NCBI GenBank assembly: GCA_951406725.2
Contig: OX597823.1
Location: forward strand, 83,762,001-83,826,000
Reading direction: 5' to 3'
DNA: 64,000 bases
Source of the DNA: Octopus vulgaris
Taxonomy: Eukaryota
The notes under the pieces were generated by a model that worked only from the letters and a program-made list of their open reading frames with translations, made no database searches and was not told the DNA's origin. Within the stretch, counting starts at the first letter, position 1. Each line of letters begins with the position of its first letter. Both the position numbers and the translations under genes were made by a program. Shown piece after piece: positions 42,181 to 55,980 of this stretch.

Positions 42181-43000
42181 TCTTTTCTGCTCTAGGCTCA
42201 AGGCCCGAAATTTTTTGGGAGGGGCGAGTCGATTAGATCGACCCCAGGACGCAAGTGGTACTTAATTTATCGACCCCGAAATGATGAAAGGCAAAGTCGA
42301 CCACGACGGAATTTGAACTCAGAACGTAGCGACAGACGAAATACCTATTTCTTTACTACCCACAAAGGGCTAAACACAGAGAGGACAAACAAGGACAGAC
42401 AAACGGATTATATCGAACCCAGTGCGTAACTGGTACTTATTTAATCGACCCCGAAAGAATGAAAGGCAAAGTCGACCACGGCGGAATTTGAACTCAGAAC
42501 GTGAAGACAGACGAAATACCTATTTCTATTTCTTTACTACCCACAAGGGGATAAACACAGAGAGGATAAACAAGGACAGACAAACGGATTAAGTCGATTA
42601 TACCGACCTCAGCGCGTAACTGGTACTTATTTAATCGACCCCGAAAGGATGAAAGGCGAAGTCAACCTCGACAGAATTTGAACTCAGAACGTAACGGCAG
42701 ACGAAATACGGCTACGCATTTCGTCCGGCGTGCTAATGTTTCTGCCAGCTCGCCGCCTTAGACAGACGAAATACCTATTTCTTTACTACCCACAAGGGGC
42801 TAAACACAGAGAGGACAAACAAGGGCAGAGAAACGGATAAAGTCAATTATATCGACCCCAGTGCGTAATTAGTACTTATTTAATCGACCCCAAAAGGATG
42901 AAAGGCAAAGTCGACCTCGGCAGAATTTGAACTCAGAACGTAGCAGCAGACGAAATACCGTTAAAAATTTCGCCCGACGTGCGAACATTTCTGCCATCTC
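42181..43000 (-). mobile_element. SINE family A tandem array (about five body units)
   Basis: Repeated gacgaaatacctatttc junctions. Confidence 0.9.
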
Positions 43001-43938
43001 GGTATATTCAGAAGTTTGTAACCCTATAATTCCTAGCTGACCAATAACTTTTGAGTTGATTTTATGCACGTAAACTGAAGAAACTTGTCACATATGTATA
43101 TATACATATCTTTTAAATTCGTTTAAGGTAACGTTAAGTGTATGCAAATAAAACCCATATTTCATTATGCCGGCTACTGTCTAATGATACTGACTAGTGA
43201 GTCAGGTTTTCGGGGTTGCATCATGGTTATAGCGATAGTTTGTAGGATAACTATAATAAAAACAATAATTCTAAGATGGAATTTATAAATATTTAATACA
43301 CCGCTACAAATCATATGACTTTAATATCAGAGTCTGCATCCTTGAGATGATTAATGATTACAGCATAGTCCGTATTATCCGTGGCCATCTGGTTGATTAT
43401 CATCATTGATTCATTTCATCAGGCGATATTGCATTGGTGGATGAATGACAGAGGGATGTTTATCCCTTCTTGCCAGTATGAAGGTTAATCTAGCTATGTG
43501 GGTATTTCTGTTTGTAGTTCGTAGGGGGAGGTAAGCAATGGGAGTAGAGGAAGGAATATGTGTATATATTGGAATAAAAGCTGGCACAGAAAGACGATAG
43601 GGGAACATACGGAACACACACACACATACACACACACGCACACACACACAAACACACACACACACACAGAAAAGCTGTAGACAAGCTCATCCCTCATCAG
43701 TTATTGACCAAAAATCATTAAAATATCGCACCATTATCCTTACGAGTGTCCATTTTAGTGACGTCAAGCACTAAAACAATTCTGTGAAACGTGAGCGGAC
43801 ATAGAGGATAGAATGGGAGTAATGAAAAAAGGTCTGTAGATCGAACAGTACAATGAATAGGAAACGAAGAAGCAAAACAAACAAACAAAAACGAAAAAGG
43901 CAAGACGGTAACGAAAACGTAAACAAATGGCACACATG

Positions 43939-43980
<42 letters not shown>

Positions 43981-44057
43981 CAGCCATTCGGCTATATAAT
44001 AGAATTAGGAAAAGACATACACAATGAAAAAAACACGCAAAATCGGTTATATATATA

Positions 44058-44101
<44 letters not shown>

Positions 44102-44219
44102 TGTCTTGATTTACCATTTGTGTCTTTCGTTGTTCGAAAAAATAGTTCATATTTCATAACATCGTACTTCGTATTTTATTTTTGTTGTACACGTTTCATG
44201 AAGTCCAGTGCCCACATAA

Positions 44220-44314
<95 letters not shown>

Positions 44315-44626
44315 TGTATAATTTCCAGGATTCGAGAATCGGGTATTTGAATAGTGAAGACACCATTGTGTAGAAACAATGCATAACGACAGATACGTAT
44401 TTTCTAAAGTTAACAGGGACTTGTTCTCCAGTTAAGCATAATATCTGAACTGGCTGACTGAATATAGAATGAGTTATAAATGTTACACCTTGTGCACTGC
44501 CTTCTTTAGACTCCAGATCCAAACGAATTGCAGGTTCCGTTTTAGGTGGAGAATAAACAATGACAACAAATGGATTGTGATTCACTGCAGCTGGTTCAGA
44601 GGTGTATTTTCTACTGATGAACAAAA

Positions 44627-44783
44627 AGTGCCTGTGTGGTAAATATCTTGCTTACCAACCACATGGTTCTGGGTTCAGTCCCACTGCGTGGTACCTTGGG
44701 CAAGTGTCTTCTACTATAACCTCGGGCCGACCAAAGCCTTGTGAGTGGATTTGGTAGACGGAAACTAAAAGAAGCCCGTCGTA

Positions 44784-44838
<55 letters not shown>

Positions 44839-45055
44839 GTGTGTGTATGTTTGTGTGTCTGTTTGTTCCCGTAACATCACTTGACAACTGATGCTGGTGT
44901 GTTTACGTCCCCGTAACTTCGGTTCGGCAAAAAGAGACCGATAGAATAAGTACTAGGCTTCCAAAGAATAAGTCTTGCTCTACTAAAAGTGGTGCTCCAG
45001 CATGGCCGCAGTCAAATGACTGAAACAAGTAAAAGAGTAAAAGAGTAAAGAGAGT
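44627..45055 (+). mobile_element. Near full-length SINE family D with internal (TA)n(TG)n
   Basis: tRNA-like head, CORE-like segment, tail ending (gtaaaaga)n. Confidence 0.88.
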
Positions 45056-45186
45056 ACGTACATACATATATACATACATACATAAATACATATATATATA
45101 TATACATACATACATACATACATACATACATACATACATACATACATACATACATACATACATACATACATACATACATACATACA

Positions 45187-45378
45187 TGCTAAAGAATATT
45201 ACAGTCGGATAAAGAAAATTTAGACCTCAGAACTCTCTGCATTCAATAAAATAGTGGCCCAAAATGTGTTTGCAGTGCCAGTACTCAACCAACATGTTGG
45301 ATGCTTGTTTGGACACTTGATGAGATCCGACCCTCCGACCCATTGATGTGAAAACCAGATTAATATTAATAAGCACAT
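45187..45378 (+). mobile_element. R4/Dong-clade RT fragment directly after (TACA)n
   Basis: KEYYSRIKKI*TSELSAFNKIVAQNVFAVPVL, homologous to ~20130-20215 on the minus strand. Confidence 0.75.
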
Positions 45379-45906
45379 TCTATTGATTTGGATTCAGCAG
45401 AAAAGGAACACTACAGGGATGTTCATTTATACTTCTTGATCCTCCTTTCTACTATAGGCACAAGGCCTGAAATTTTGAGGGAGGAGGAGGCCAGCTGATT
45501 TCATCGACCCCAGTGCTTCACTGGTATTTGTTTCATCGACGCCGAAAGGGTGGAATGCAAATTCGATCTTGGGGAATGTAAACTCAGCACGTAACGTCCG
45601 AAGGTGTGGTAGTTGTAATTCTCCTTGATTATTGTAATTTTAAGTTATCTTTATTATATATTTCGTTTTTGGATTTGGTTTGCAAGATTCTTGTGTTGAA
45701 GCATATTCTGTTGTGTCTGGGGAGAGTCATTTTCTTTTTGTGCCTTATAATTTAACACACTCACCGGTAAAATTTCCACTTATCTCTTATTTTTATTTTC
45801 TTAAAAGTTTCGCTGCGTCTTGCAACATTTTCAATAGTCTTGACTCTGTCCGTTGTTTACACTGCGTTCCTTTTTGTTTGCTTGTGCGCATGTGTGGATC
45901 AGTGTA

Positions 45907-45939
<33 letters not shown>

Positions 45940-46294
45940 CTATGCATGCATGCATGCATCTACGTATGTATGTGTGTATGTATGTATGCATGTGTATGTA
46001 TGTATATATGTTTGTGTGTGCGCATCTGTATGTATGTATCCTGTATATTCATGTGCTTGCATGTCCGTGTTTGTGTATTTTCTATATATGTGTGTGTGTG
46101 AGTGTGTTTTTATATGTATGCACCTCTGTCTCCTTGTGTGTGCATGTGTGTGTGTGTGCGTTATGCAACTATGTACCATATTTGTATGTATGGATGGATG
46201 TGTACCTCTATATGTGTGGATCCGTGTCTCCATATGTGTCCTTGTGTGGAGTGAGCTGAAAGAGACGACGATAACAGCACTTTGAACAGACCCT

Positions 46295-46637
46295 ACTAAG
46301 CACAACTTGTCCCAATTCCATCCTGGTAACAAACTGCTTGACAGAGATGGGCAACAAGACTGTCCCTCACCCGCCTTACAGTTCAAACCCTACTGCTTGT
46401 GACTTCCGGTTGTTTCCTAAGCTGAAGGAGAACCTCAGGGACAGTCCTTCTGAAGGCATTAAAACACTTTTAATCTGGAGGATTTCCGTGAGGCCTTCTC
46501 GAAGTGGTTAGGCCGCTACAACAAATACACTGAAATCAGAGAAATTTACTTTAAAGAAGCTCAGCTTTTTGTACTTCTTTGAAATCAATAAATATCTCTC
46601 CCGACAAAGTCTCAAAACCATTGGAAGGGACCTCGTA
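46295..46637 (+). mobile_element. mariner transposon 3' remnant
   Basis: EMGNKTVPHPPYSSNPTACDFRLFPKLKENLR (YSPDLAP-x-D motif); ends ...gacctcgTA. Confidence 0.85.
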
Positions 46638-47959
46638 ATTCAATTTAATGAATGGCAGTCGTTTATAATATGATCAGTTAGTGAACACTTCGGAAAACTG
46701 GAGACATTGGTCGTAAAGATCCTTGTGATGGGGAAAGTATTGTTATGCGTTAGTGCGTGGATGTGTTCCTGATCAAATGCAATCTAATCATAACTCTTCT
46801 ATAGGTCCCGGTACTTCATAGAGAATTTTCCAGATTCAAGTGTCCGTAATCTCATTTTATAGAGAAACTGAGAAACGATCATATCTCACAAATTTAAATG
46901 TTCTTTCAAATTTGGGCACAAGGCCAGGAATTTCGGGGAAATTGAAGGCAAATCGATGCCACAATACTTGACTGCTATTTTATAGACCCCGAAAGGATGA
47001 AAGGCAATGTAGATCTCGGTGGGATTTGAACTCAGAACGTAAAGAGTCGGAACACATACTTCGAAGTATTTTTCAGACCTTTTAACAACTCTGGTAGCGC
47101 ACTTCTTCGGATCATGTTAAGTTGCCCGTGGAGTTCGAACCACGCTTCTGTGGCCCATGCTTACGTGCTACCAGTTACACAAAACAGTCCCCCAATTTAC
47201 ACTAAAGAATTTCTCCAGTTATACGAAAGCAGTCTCCAGGTTACATTAAAGCAGTTCCCGTGTTACACTGGAAATCTTGATGGATATTTCTATACTAAGT
47301 TGTAACGAAATAGTGTGGAAATTAAGGGTTTCGTTAAAAAAAAATTCTATTAATGACTTAAACAAGATATGAACTCAATTCCCGTGAGTTTGAAATTCAA
47401 AAGTCTTTCGTATCACATTGGATGCTAAATTCAGTAAGAAACAAATCTGTCGTCTGAAATAAAGCTAGTAAACGGAAGTTGTTAGGAAAACCATAGATAT
47501 TAAGAGTCAGCTAAACTATATAGACGAGAAACCAACTAAAAGTCACTTTTTTATGTATATTGTTATGCTGTATAAACTTGGGTCCTTCAGAGAACTCCGG
47601 TTGCTAATGAGAAAATACTGACTGTTATCGTTTTAGGAAATTAAAACCGACATTACCGTGTAGAAGAATATCGAAAGTGGTTTTAAGTAGGCGATCATTT
47701 AAAAGTACGTTTAGCCAATGTTGTTTGTTGGAAAAGATTTCAGAGACTGGAACCACTTCAGCTAGATAATAATACAATTATATTGCTTGAGAAAATTTAT
47801 GTGAAAGAATATTCTTTACACGTTCGGCTACCATATTGGTGTTAAGTGTTTCAAACGCTTGAGAGACTTTAGTTTGGTATCAATAATGTTTGGATAAAAA
47901 GTTTATTCAGATGTCTTAAATAAATACTCAGAAATGCTATGATAGTACATATTTTCTTC

Positions 47960-47973
47960 GTTGCCATGGTAAC
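47960..47973. promoter_or_regulatory. RFX X-box motif
   Basis: GTTGCCATGGTAAC, with a weaker second site GTTGCCGAGATGAC at 47991-48004. Confidence 0.4.
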
Positions 47974-49012
47974 AATCCTTCCGAGTTGTAGTTGCCGAGA
48001 TGACAATCCCTGGAAGATAGTAAAACAGAATCACTTGAAATGCAAATTAATTAATTAATAAATAAGGCTAAAATGTCTTTGATGACAACACAACTTTATT
48101 GGGTTTCTATAAATGTGAAAGGCAAATGAATGGAATGTCTTTATTGTTGAATGATACAGTGATAGTTTGACGTGGATGTATTGATGTTTATAAAACGGTG
48201 TTTCTCTGGCCATTGAAAAATCTGTAGACTATAAAGTGCGGTCGTAGTGTAGCAGGTGCCAGACGAAAACAGATAATTTTGAACACTTTAGTTGGCGCCT
48301 TGAACGTGAGAACAATTGTTCAGATAAAAAGCTTTCAAATACAACACTGAAAATAGAAATGAAAACAAGGTTGAAAGCAAAGATTACATTGTTCAGAAAG
48401 TCGTTATTGTTGAATTACATGTAATAAATAACTGTTGCTGTTTTGTTTATCACATTTTATATTAAATAAATGAAGGAGAGAATTTTGTCTATGCTACTCT
48501 ATTCTATATCGTAAATATAATGGTCATTTTGATAAAATTAATTTCCATTATAGTTGGAATTTAGTAGATGTATGCAAAGTTATTTTTAGTCAGTGATAAA
48601 TAAAATGAACGAATTATAATTTTTCTCAAGCTTTACGACTCATGCAGCCGGTAAATCGGCGGCTTCCATGGTGCATATGACTGGGATCACGACAGACCTG
48701 CAGCGAACCGATGTCCCGTTCAGAGGGACGCCAGCCCGTTGCAGATGTCAAGGCCAACGATTTTGAGGGGAGGGAACAAGTTGGTTACATCGACCCCAGT
48801 ACATGTCCTTTATTTTTCCGTCACCAAAGAAATAAAGGACTAAGTTGATCTCGACGGGATTTCAACTCAACGTAAAAATGGAGAAGAAATTCCATTAAGC
48901 ATTTCGTTCGACGTGTTAACGGACCTAACAGACCACCACCGTCTTGTATAAAACATTAGCAACCTACAAAAGAAAAAAAATCACTAAATTGCCAGGATAT
49001 TATATGGAAGTG

Positions 49013-49210
49013 AAGGCAGCGAGCTGGAAGAATCGGTAGCATGCCGGACAAAATGCTTAGGGTCATTTCGTTCGTCTCTACGTTCGGAATTCAAATTCCG
49101 CCGAGGTCAACTTCGACTTTCATCCATTCGGAGTCAATGACTAAAGAACCAGTCGAGCACTGGTATTGATCTAATCGACCATTCCCTTTCTTCCTGAGCC
49201 TATTGTAGAA
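49013..49210 (+). mobile_element. Old SINE family A copy
   Basis: aggcagcgagctggaagaatcggtagc...ccgccgaggtcaac. Confidence 0.75.
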
Positions 49211-49233
49211 ATACTTAATCGATACCTCACACG

Positions 49234-50110
49234 AATTACTTGACTTCTCGAGAGAAGCAATATCTATTGATGGCTCATCCTCTTATTGGTACCGCTTGCC
49301 AAATCATACACACAACCTACATTTTATTGCTTCTTGGATGTATATATCGGCAGGATATTTTTATTGTTTGAATAAGAAAACAATGCAATTTATGGAATGT
49401 ATTGGTGATGGTAAAGTTTTAAGATGCATATTAGATCGATGTAGCAGCATTCAGTATTTTGTCCACTGATTGAATCTGTGGTTGGGAGTTATGTATATAT
49501 TTACCTTGGCAGCTGTACAACACAAGAACCACTCTACAGACCATCACGTGTAATTTATTTTACCAGACTGCCACATGATCAATGCAACCTTTACTGTCTC
49601 ACGAGATAAAGTTAAGAACATTAAACAACATTAAACATCTTCTATATTTATTCTTTGTGGAGGCGCAATGGCCCAGTGGTTAGGGCAGCGGACTCGCGGT
49701 CGTAGGATCGCGGTTTCGATTCCCAGCCTGGGCGTTGTGAGTGTTTATTGAGCGAAAACACCTAAAAGCTCCACGAGGCTCCGGCAGGGGATGGTGGTGA
49801 TCCCTGCTGTACTCTTTCACCACAACTTTCTCTCACTCTTACTTCCTGTTTCTGTTGTACCTGTATTTCAAAGGGCCGGCCTTGTCACTCTCTGTGTCAC
49901 GCTGAATATCTCCGAGAACTACGTTAAGGGTACACGTGTCTGTGGAGTGCTCACCCACTTACACGTTAATTTCACGAGCAGGCTGTTCCGTTGATTCGGA
50001 TCAACCGGAACCCTCATCGTCGTAACCAACGGAGTGCTTCCATCCATATTTATTCTTTAAGCGTTCCAGTAGATTCGAACGTGTATATGTTAATCGCGGT
50101 TGGGATTCGT
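49234..50110 (+). repeat. Local segmental duplication, copy 1
   Basis: Colinear with 56782-57990; 50768-50818 also matches 59642-59691. Confidence 0.85.
49657..50045 (+). mobile_element. Full-length tRNA-derived SINE, head B + tail Y
   Basis: 13-bp TSD atatttattcttt at 49644-49656 and 50046-50058; empty site in the paralog near 57920. Confidence 0.92.
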
Positions 50111-52025
50111 CGCAGGAAAACAACTTTTCATTTGCCACGATCCATTAGCACCAGGAATTCCGGGGTTGGGATCCCTTCTGCTAATGAACCATCGTAAAGG
50201 AGTTGGTTCCAATTTGCACAAAGACACAACTTAGTACAAGAAAATAACCTTCGAAGCGAGCAAGTTTGAGTGGTGGTGCAAATTGATACTATCAGCGCCA
50301 ATATGTGATTGGAATTTTATTTTATCGACCTCGAACGGATGAAAGGCAAAGTTGACCTCGATGGATTTTGGACTCGGTCTGTAAAATGCCTGATGCATAA
50401 TTTATTGATCTCATGTTTCGTCAGAAGGTTAGCAATTTCGAACAAGGGACTAAGTCGATTACTTCGACCCAACTGCTCAGCATGTGAAAGTATGAAAGGC
50501 AACCCTCGACCTCTCTAGAATTTGAACACAGAGCGTAAGGGTGGAAGAAATCCGCGAAGAATTTTGGGCGGCATGCTAACGATTCTGCTGGCTCGCAGCC
50601 TTTACCTGGCACCTCATTTATTGACTGTAGAGAAATGGAAACCAGAGTCGATTTTAGAAGAACTTAAACTCAGAATTTAGAGGGATAAAGGTGAATTTAG
50701 GTAAAGCATCTTTACTGCTTATTTACGGGTTCAACCAACCATCTTTTAAATTCATATATACTGGCGTGAACTCATATTTCGAACGAGAACAATCAGTTGT
50801 ATATATTAATGGTATTTATTTTCAGAAGGCCGAGATGCAACTGTAAAGATTCTGTGGAATTTGAATTCAAGACAGAGTGATACATATTCTTATACTCGAG
50901 TCCTATCATGTATCAAAATATTCTAATCTCAATTATTCTTTCAACCTCAACTTCTTATATAGATAAACGCCCCTCCACACTGAAGAACTCACCCATTGTA
51001 CATAAATGGCTTGCAATTCAGGCGATTTGAACTCGCAAGAAGGAAGAACTCTGAAATTCAATAATGTTCGTGCTCTGATTTTAAGGACTTTTTGCTCAAG
51101 GCCATAAACCAATGTTCTGGTCCGAGAATCCGAACTAACGATCTTACGATCCAGTGTATAACACCCTACTACTCGGTCAGGCCCCTTAAATTTAGTGTTC
51201 GAAAGATAATTTTTATCAATCGAAAAAGAAAGCAAAGGATTACTTCGGTGGGATTGGGATTCAAATGAGGAAGCCTAAATAATAACAAGCGGTTCGGCAA
51301 AAGCGACCGATAGAATAAGTGCTAAGTTTACAAAGAATAACTCCTGAGGTCGTTTTGTTCGACTGAAGACGGTGCTCCAGCATGACCGCAGTCAAATGAC
51401 TGAAACAGGTAAAAGAATAAAATAATAATAATAAACTATCGATTATCAAAATTAGTTTATTTTTTTATTTTTACATAGTCGTGCAAATAACAAGAATGGA
51501 TATGAAGATAAGAATGTGAAATTCAAAGTTTTTGAAAATTTAATCGGTCTTTTTAGCTAAATACTGAGCTGTATTTTATGGGGTAACTAATAACACGAAA
51601 CAAGATTCTCTAAAAGATTATCAAAAATAAATGTGCTTTATAATTTTATATCCTGTAAGAAAATGGTTTTGATTTTTTTTTTTAAAAGAGCTCTTAAAAA
51701 TCGGTTTAGCTTTTACGTTTAAAATTTGATCCTGAAGTCACAAGTTCCAGCATGCTGAAATGATGGTTTCCCAAAAGTGATCTACATTGAGAAAGTAATA
51801 TTTGTTCAATATTTATATAGAAATATAAAATGAACAATGCAACACGTAAAGGGCACAATAGATTTCATAGGGCATATATATATCTTCAGAAACTGTAATA
51901 TTCAGAGAAAGTATTTAATAAAAAAATTTTTTTTTTGCGTTTGGAAGCTTAAACATTTGCTATATAATTCTCTTTGAATTTTAGATTAGAGACCACCCTT
52001 CTTAGGAGTCACAATTTTACTTATA

Positions 52026-52247
52026 CAGTAACCCCTCGATATCGCGGGTGTTACTTTCCAAAGCACCCGCGATTGGTGAAAATCCGAGAAGTAGAAACAG
52101 TAGTGTACTGTATATATTATAAAAATTATTTTTATAATTTGTATATATATATTTTATTACAAATGCAAAACCACACCACGGAGGAATCGACGTAATCTTA
52201 AATAATAAACCGCGATAGGTGAACCACCATATGGCGAGGGATTACTG
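52026..52247. mobile_element. pogo/Tigger-type MITE
   Basis: TA|cagtaacccctcg ... cgagggattactg|TA. Confidence 0.85.
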
Positions 52248-52329
52248 TACTCTCCCCACGTTTTCTCTAAGTAGTTAACTGACAAAGTCGGCTTTATAGT
52301 CTTCCCGTTACTATTACCAAGATTACGCT

Positions 52330-53540
52330 TCTCCAAAGAAGTTGAGGAGCTTCTTTGCTACCATTTTCTGTACCTGTTCGTCATGCTATGCTTGTATAAT
52401 TACCAGGATAGTATGACGGAAGTCATACGGTATCATGTTCACACTTAGACATCATCTCTGATGCATACAATCAAACACTGGTCGATATTGAAAATTCTAA
52501 ACAGTCTAAGACTGGCAAGGATGTTTGACCAGTATGTCGTGCGAACTCGAGTATGAAATACAGTTGCAACGTTCAATCGAGAGATTCTTCTGACAACAAG
52601 CTAGTGTATTCAACAACTAGAACTGTAAGGTCACACAAAAAAAAATGATTCTTGGTTCCAGATAAATAACATGGATACTTCCCTATTTGCGACAGCCAAA
52701 TTTTTTTTATTTACTTAAGGAATTGGATGGCGAAAATCTCAAAACTTAACGTCGTGGACAAAAAAATTGTGCAAAAGAAAAGATCCTATTGTTTGTACGA
52801 AGTTTCCAAGTGCTTCTGAGAACAAAATATTCTTTTCTACTCCAGGCACGAGGCCCGAAATTTTGGAGGAGGGGGTAGTCGATTAGATACACCAGTATGC
52901 AACTGGTACTTAATTTATCGATCCCGAAAGGATGAAAGGAAAAGTCGACCACGACGGAATTTGAACTCAGAACGTAACGGCAGACGAAATACGGCTGCGC
53001 ATTTCGCCCGGCGTGCTAACGTTTCTGCCAGTTCGGCGCCTTTGAGAACAAAATAGTGCGCAAATTGGTGGCATAGTACTGTTCCACGATTTCTGTTGTC
53101 ACCTCAAAATACAAGTAATAGTATTAAGTAAACATCAGCATTATTAGGAGCATGTATGTCAATGAGGCGAAGTGGCGGAATCTTTAGCATATCGGATAAA
53201 CATACCTTGTGGTACTTGAGTTCAAATCCCGCTGAATTCAACTTTTAATCCTTTAGGGAGTCGATAAAATAAAGTAAATCATAGAAATTATTGTTACGTA
53301 TTTCATAGACACCTCATTAAGGAATTGTGAAATCGATACCGACATCATCTGAACACGGAAGTAATTAGAGAACTATGTTCCGTTCGCCCCTCCATAGCTT
53401 GAACCATCCCTCATATTTACAATATACAGGTTGCTCTAATTAGGACAGTAAACTGGTAGAAATTGCATAGCGTCGCATCAAATAACCAAAGTTCTCAGAT
53501 TGGATTTCTTTTAGCACAATTTTAATTTCTGGTCCTTTTT
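52330..53540 (-). pseudogene. Possible decayed Death-domain + TIR-like (MyD88-like) coding remnant
   Basis: 53535-53320 reads IVLKEIQSENFGYLMRRYAISTSLLS*LEQPVYCKYEGWFKLWRGERNIVL*LLPCSDDVGID. Downstream fragments: DVYLIL, CDLTVLVV...YFILEFA, QCLIVCIRDDV*..IPYDFRHTILV. Pattern recognition only. Confidence 0.3.
52830..53042 (-). mobile_element. SINE family A monomer (alternative tail)
   Basis: 13-bp TSD tgagaacaaaata at 52817-52829 and 53043-53055. Confidence 0.92.
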
Positions 53541-54045
53541 TCTGAGTTGATTAAGAAATAGTCAATCAAATATTGTCCTCAATTATTTTGGTTGGTATAA
53601 CAGGCAATACCACCTTGCAGCCAAATTTGAGGTCTACTGCCTGTGCTAATAATCAATATTATTAAACCTGTAAAGGGAACTGGTTGCTTCTTTACACTTT
53701 TGGGGTGCAACTTGGGTGCAACACAATTTCCTTTCTTTTTGTTTCTAGAAACTACCAGTCAGGAACGAAAAGCAAGTTAAAAAATATATATAATTCTTTA
53801 TTTTCTGTTTCGACAATGAAACACGATGGTATGCTGATATCCACCTAATTCAACGCAGCAAGGCTGAATTCAAACGTTTGTAAGCTTTACAATTCAGCAG
53901 CAGTAGAACAGGTTAAATCCTAAGCGTCTGGGACAGGAGAATAGGCTGATCACAGGATTCAAAATATACGTCTTTTCTCTTCTATCGCCGTGTCTCAAAT
54001 CCCCGACGCTATTAAGGAACGCTATAGAATTTATTCTTCAGTCTC

Positions 54046-54185
54046 TAGCGCATGTGCATGGGAGAAACTTCCTTATGCCTTTCCAGAAAGTTCCAACCCC
54101 GCACACGCACTCTGAAGAAAGACGTTCCGCACACGCACACTGAAGAATGACGTTGCGTGTGCGCACACTGGAACATGACGTCACT
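54046..54185. promoter_or_regulatory. Promoter-like cluster: three 28-bp units, CRE and NRF1-like sites
   Basis: Units at 54099-54126, 54127-54154 and 54155-54182; TGACGTCA at 54176-54183; gcgcatgtgc near 54048. Confidence 0.4.
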
Positions 54186-55720
54186 ACAAACCTATCCTCC
54201 TGTAATTGAGGCTTTCTACCTAAATTAAAAATCAATGCACACATATAGTTTTTCACAGCGTTTTAAATCTTCAAAGAATTTGATTCTTACAAACGGCAAT
54301 AATAATATTACACTTTTGAAAAGGAGGGGGAGAAAACAAAGAGTCATACAAGTGTCATTTAAAAGGAAAAAAATTAATGATATAAGTGAAGTGACTTTAA
54401 ACGCTTGTAGAAAATTGGTCTGAAATTACACGTACCCGGTGCCTATAAATATTGAAAGCGGAGTGGAATATTTATCATAAGACTGAAGCAAAAAATTATT
54501 GATGGAAATCAATGTTAATAGATTTGTGTAATTTAATTTATGTTTTTAATTAATATATTTGGAATTCCAATTGATTTGTACTTTATTTTCTGAAATATAC
54601 GTAAAAGTCTAGAGAGATTTGGTATAAATGTATTTATCATGGCGTAAACACACAGGAAGATTAAAAGTGAGCAGCATGTGCTAAAGTGTGACTTAGCAGT
54701 TTTACTGTAATTCTGCGGCCAACAACATTGAATGGTTATACTTTGAAGTACCTACATGCATCTAGATGGACAGGGAGGATGGGTGTCAGGACGCACAGCC
54801 ATAAACACCTCAGTGTTTCTTATAGACAAATCGTGTCTATAAACTGAATTAGCGGTGTGTCGAACTGCTAAAAAAGAGGTCTGGTATCCTGAAACAAGAA
54901 ACCGTACTATGGAGTATAACTGACCAAGGCATGCAATAATATATAGCTTAAAACTATGAAATATGCATAATAGTGTTGTACAATTGACAAGTGTTTGTTT
55001 CATGAACATGCAGTATTGTGTTCAAAGCTGTGAAAGTTGTTTAATGAGAAATGGAAAGCGCTAGACTGTCTTGCATAAGATACACTACACGAAGCCGCCG
55101 TGTGGACTCCTTAGAATGTAGTGAATTGTATGTCTCACAAAAACTGGTTTCCCTTTTTTGATTTTATTACTGAGCACAAAAGCTACACGACTTTAGTCTA
55201 TTAACCTGGGGACCTGCACTTGCAGTTTCAATGCATTTTCTTAAATACTTTGAGTCCAATATCTAGTTTTCCTAATACAAAATCTGTTTGCCAAATAGTA
55301 GTAAACAGCTTCTATGGCATTACAACCCCCTCTTTACCTTAATATATTTATGAAATCCTTCTGACATTTATTTCACCCATATTTCTATAAATAGAAAATC
55401 TTTTTGTCTTCTTTCAACTGATTATACTTCCCAACCTTCTAGCAGTTCAAAATAACTTAATGAATATTCTTCAGTCAGAAGATACACTCTACTACCTTAA
55501 TGTTCTTAAAATTCAAATCGACATCTTTGTCTATATATCAACCTTCTCTATAATGTTATCAATTGATATGAAAATTATGTATTAATGGAAAACCTCTATA
55601 AATGGCTGATGATTGCTCAACATTTTAAAACTGCTGCAATACTTACAATATTTAATAAAATGATGTAGCGTTAAACGATCGTACCAAATTACCGAAGTTA
55701 TTCCTGCTGCTTATTTTTGA

Positions 55721-55762
<42 letters not shown>

Positions 55763-55980
55763 GAGCAAAATCCTCCCCGTCCAATGGACGGTGCTGAGTT
55801 GTCAAACATTTAAACCAAATTTTCTCAAGACAACTTGTCTGACCGTCCTATAGGCCTCCACTTTGAGAAACACTGATTTAACCTAAATTTGAGACACCAT
55901 CAACCGAAGAAATAAAGATTTTTTTCTATTCCAAAAATCGATATTCTATGCACATGTATGCAACCGAAGAGTTTAAATTA

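Noticed and set aside
45800-45840. Degenerate hammerhead-like hairpin (ttgaaaa-tgttgc..gcagc-gaaac, minus strand)
   Set aside because: Several core positions are mutated; cannot be supported without a family consensus.
54444-54450. TATAAAT box
   Set aside because: Expected by chance in AT-rich DNA, and no supported downstream gene.
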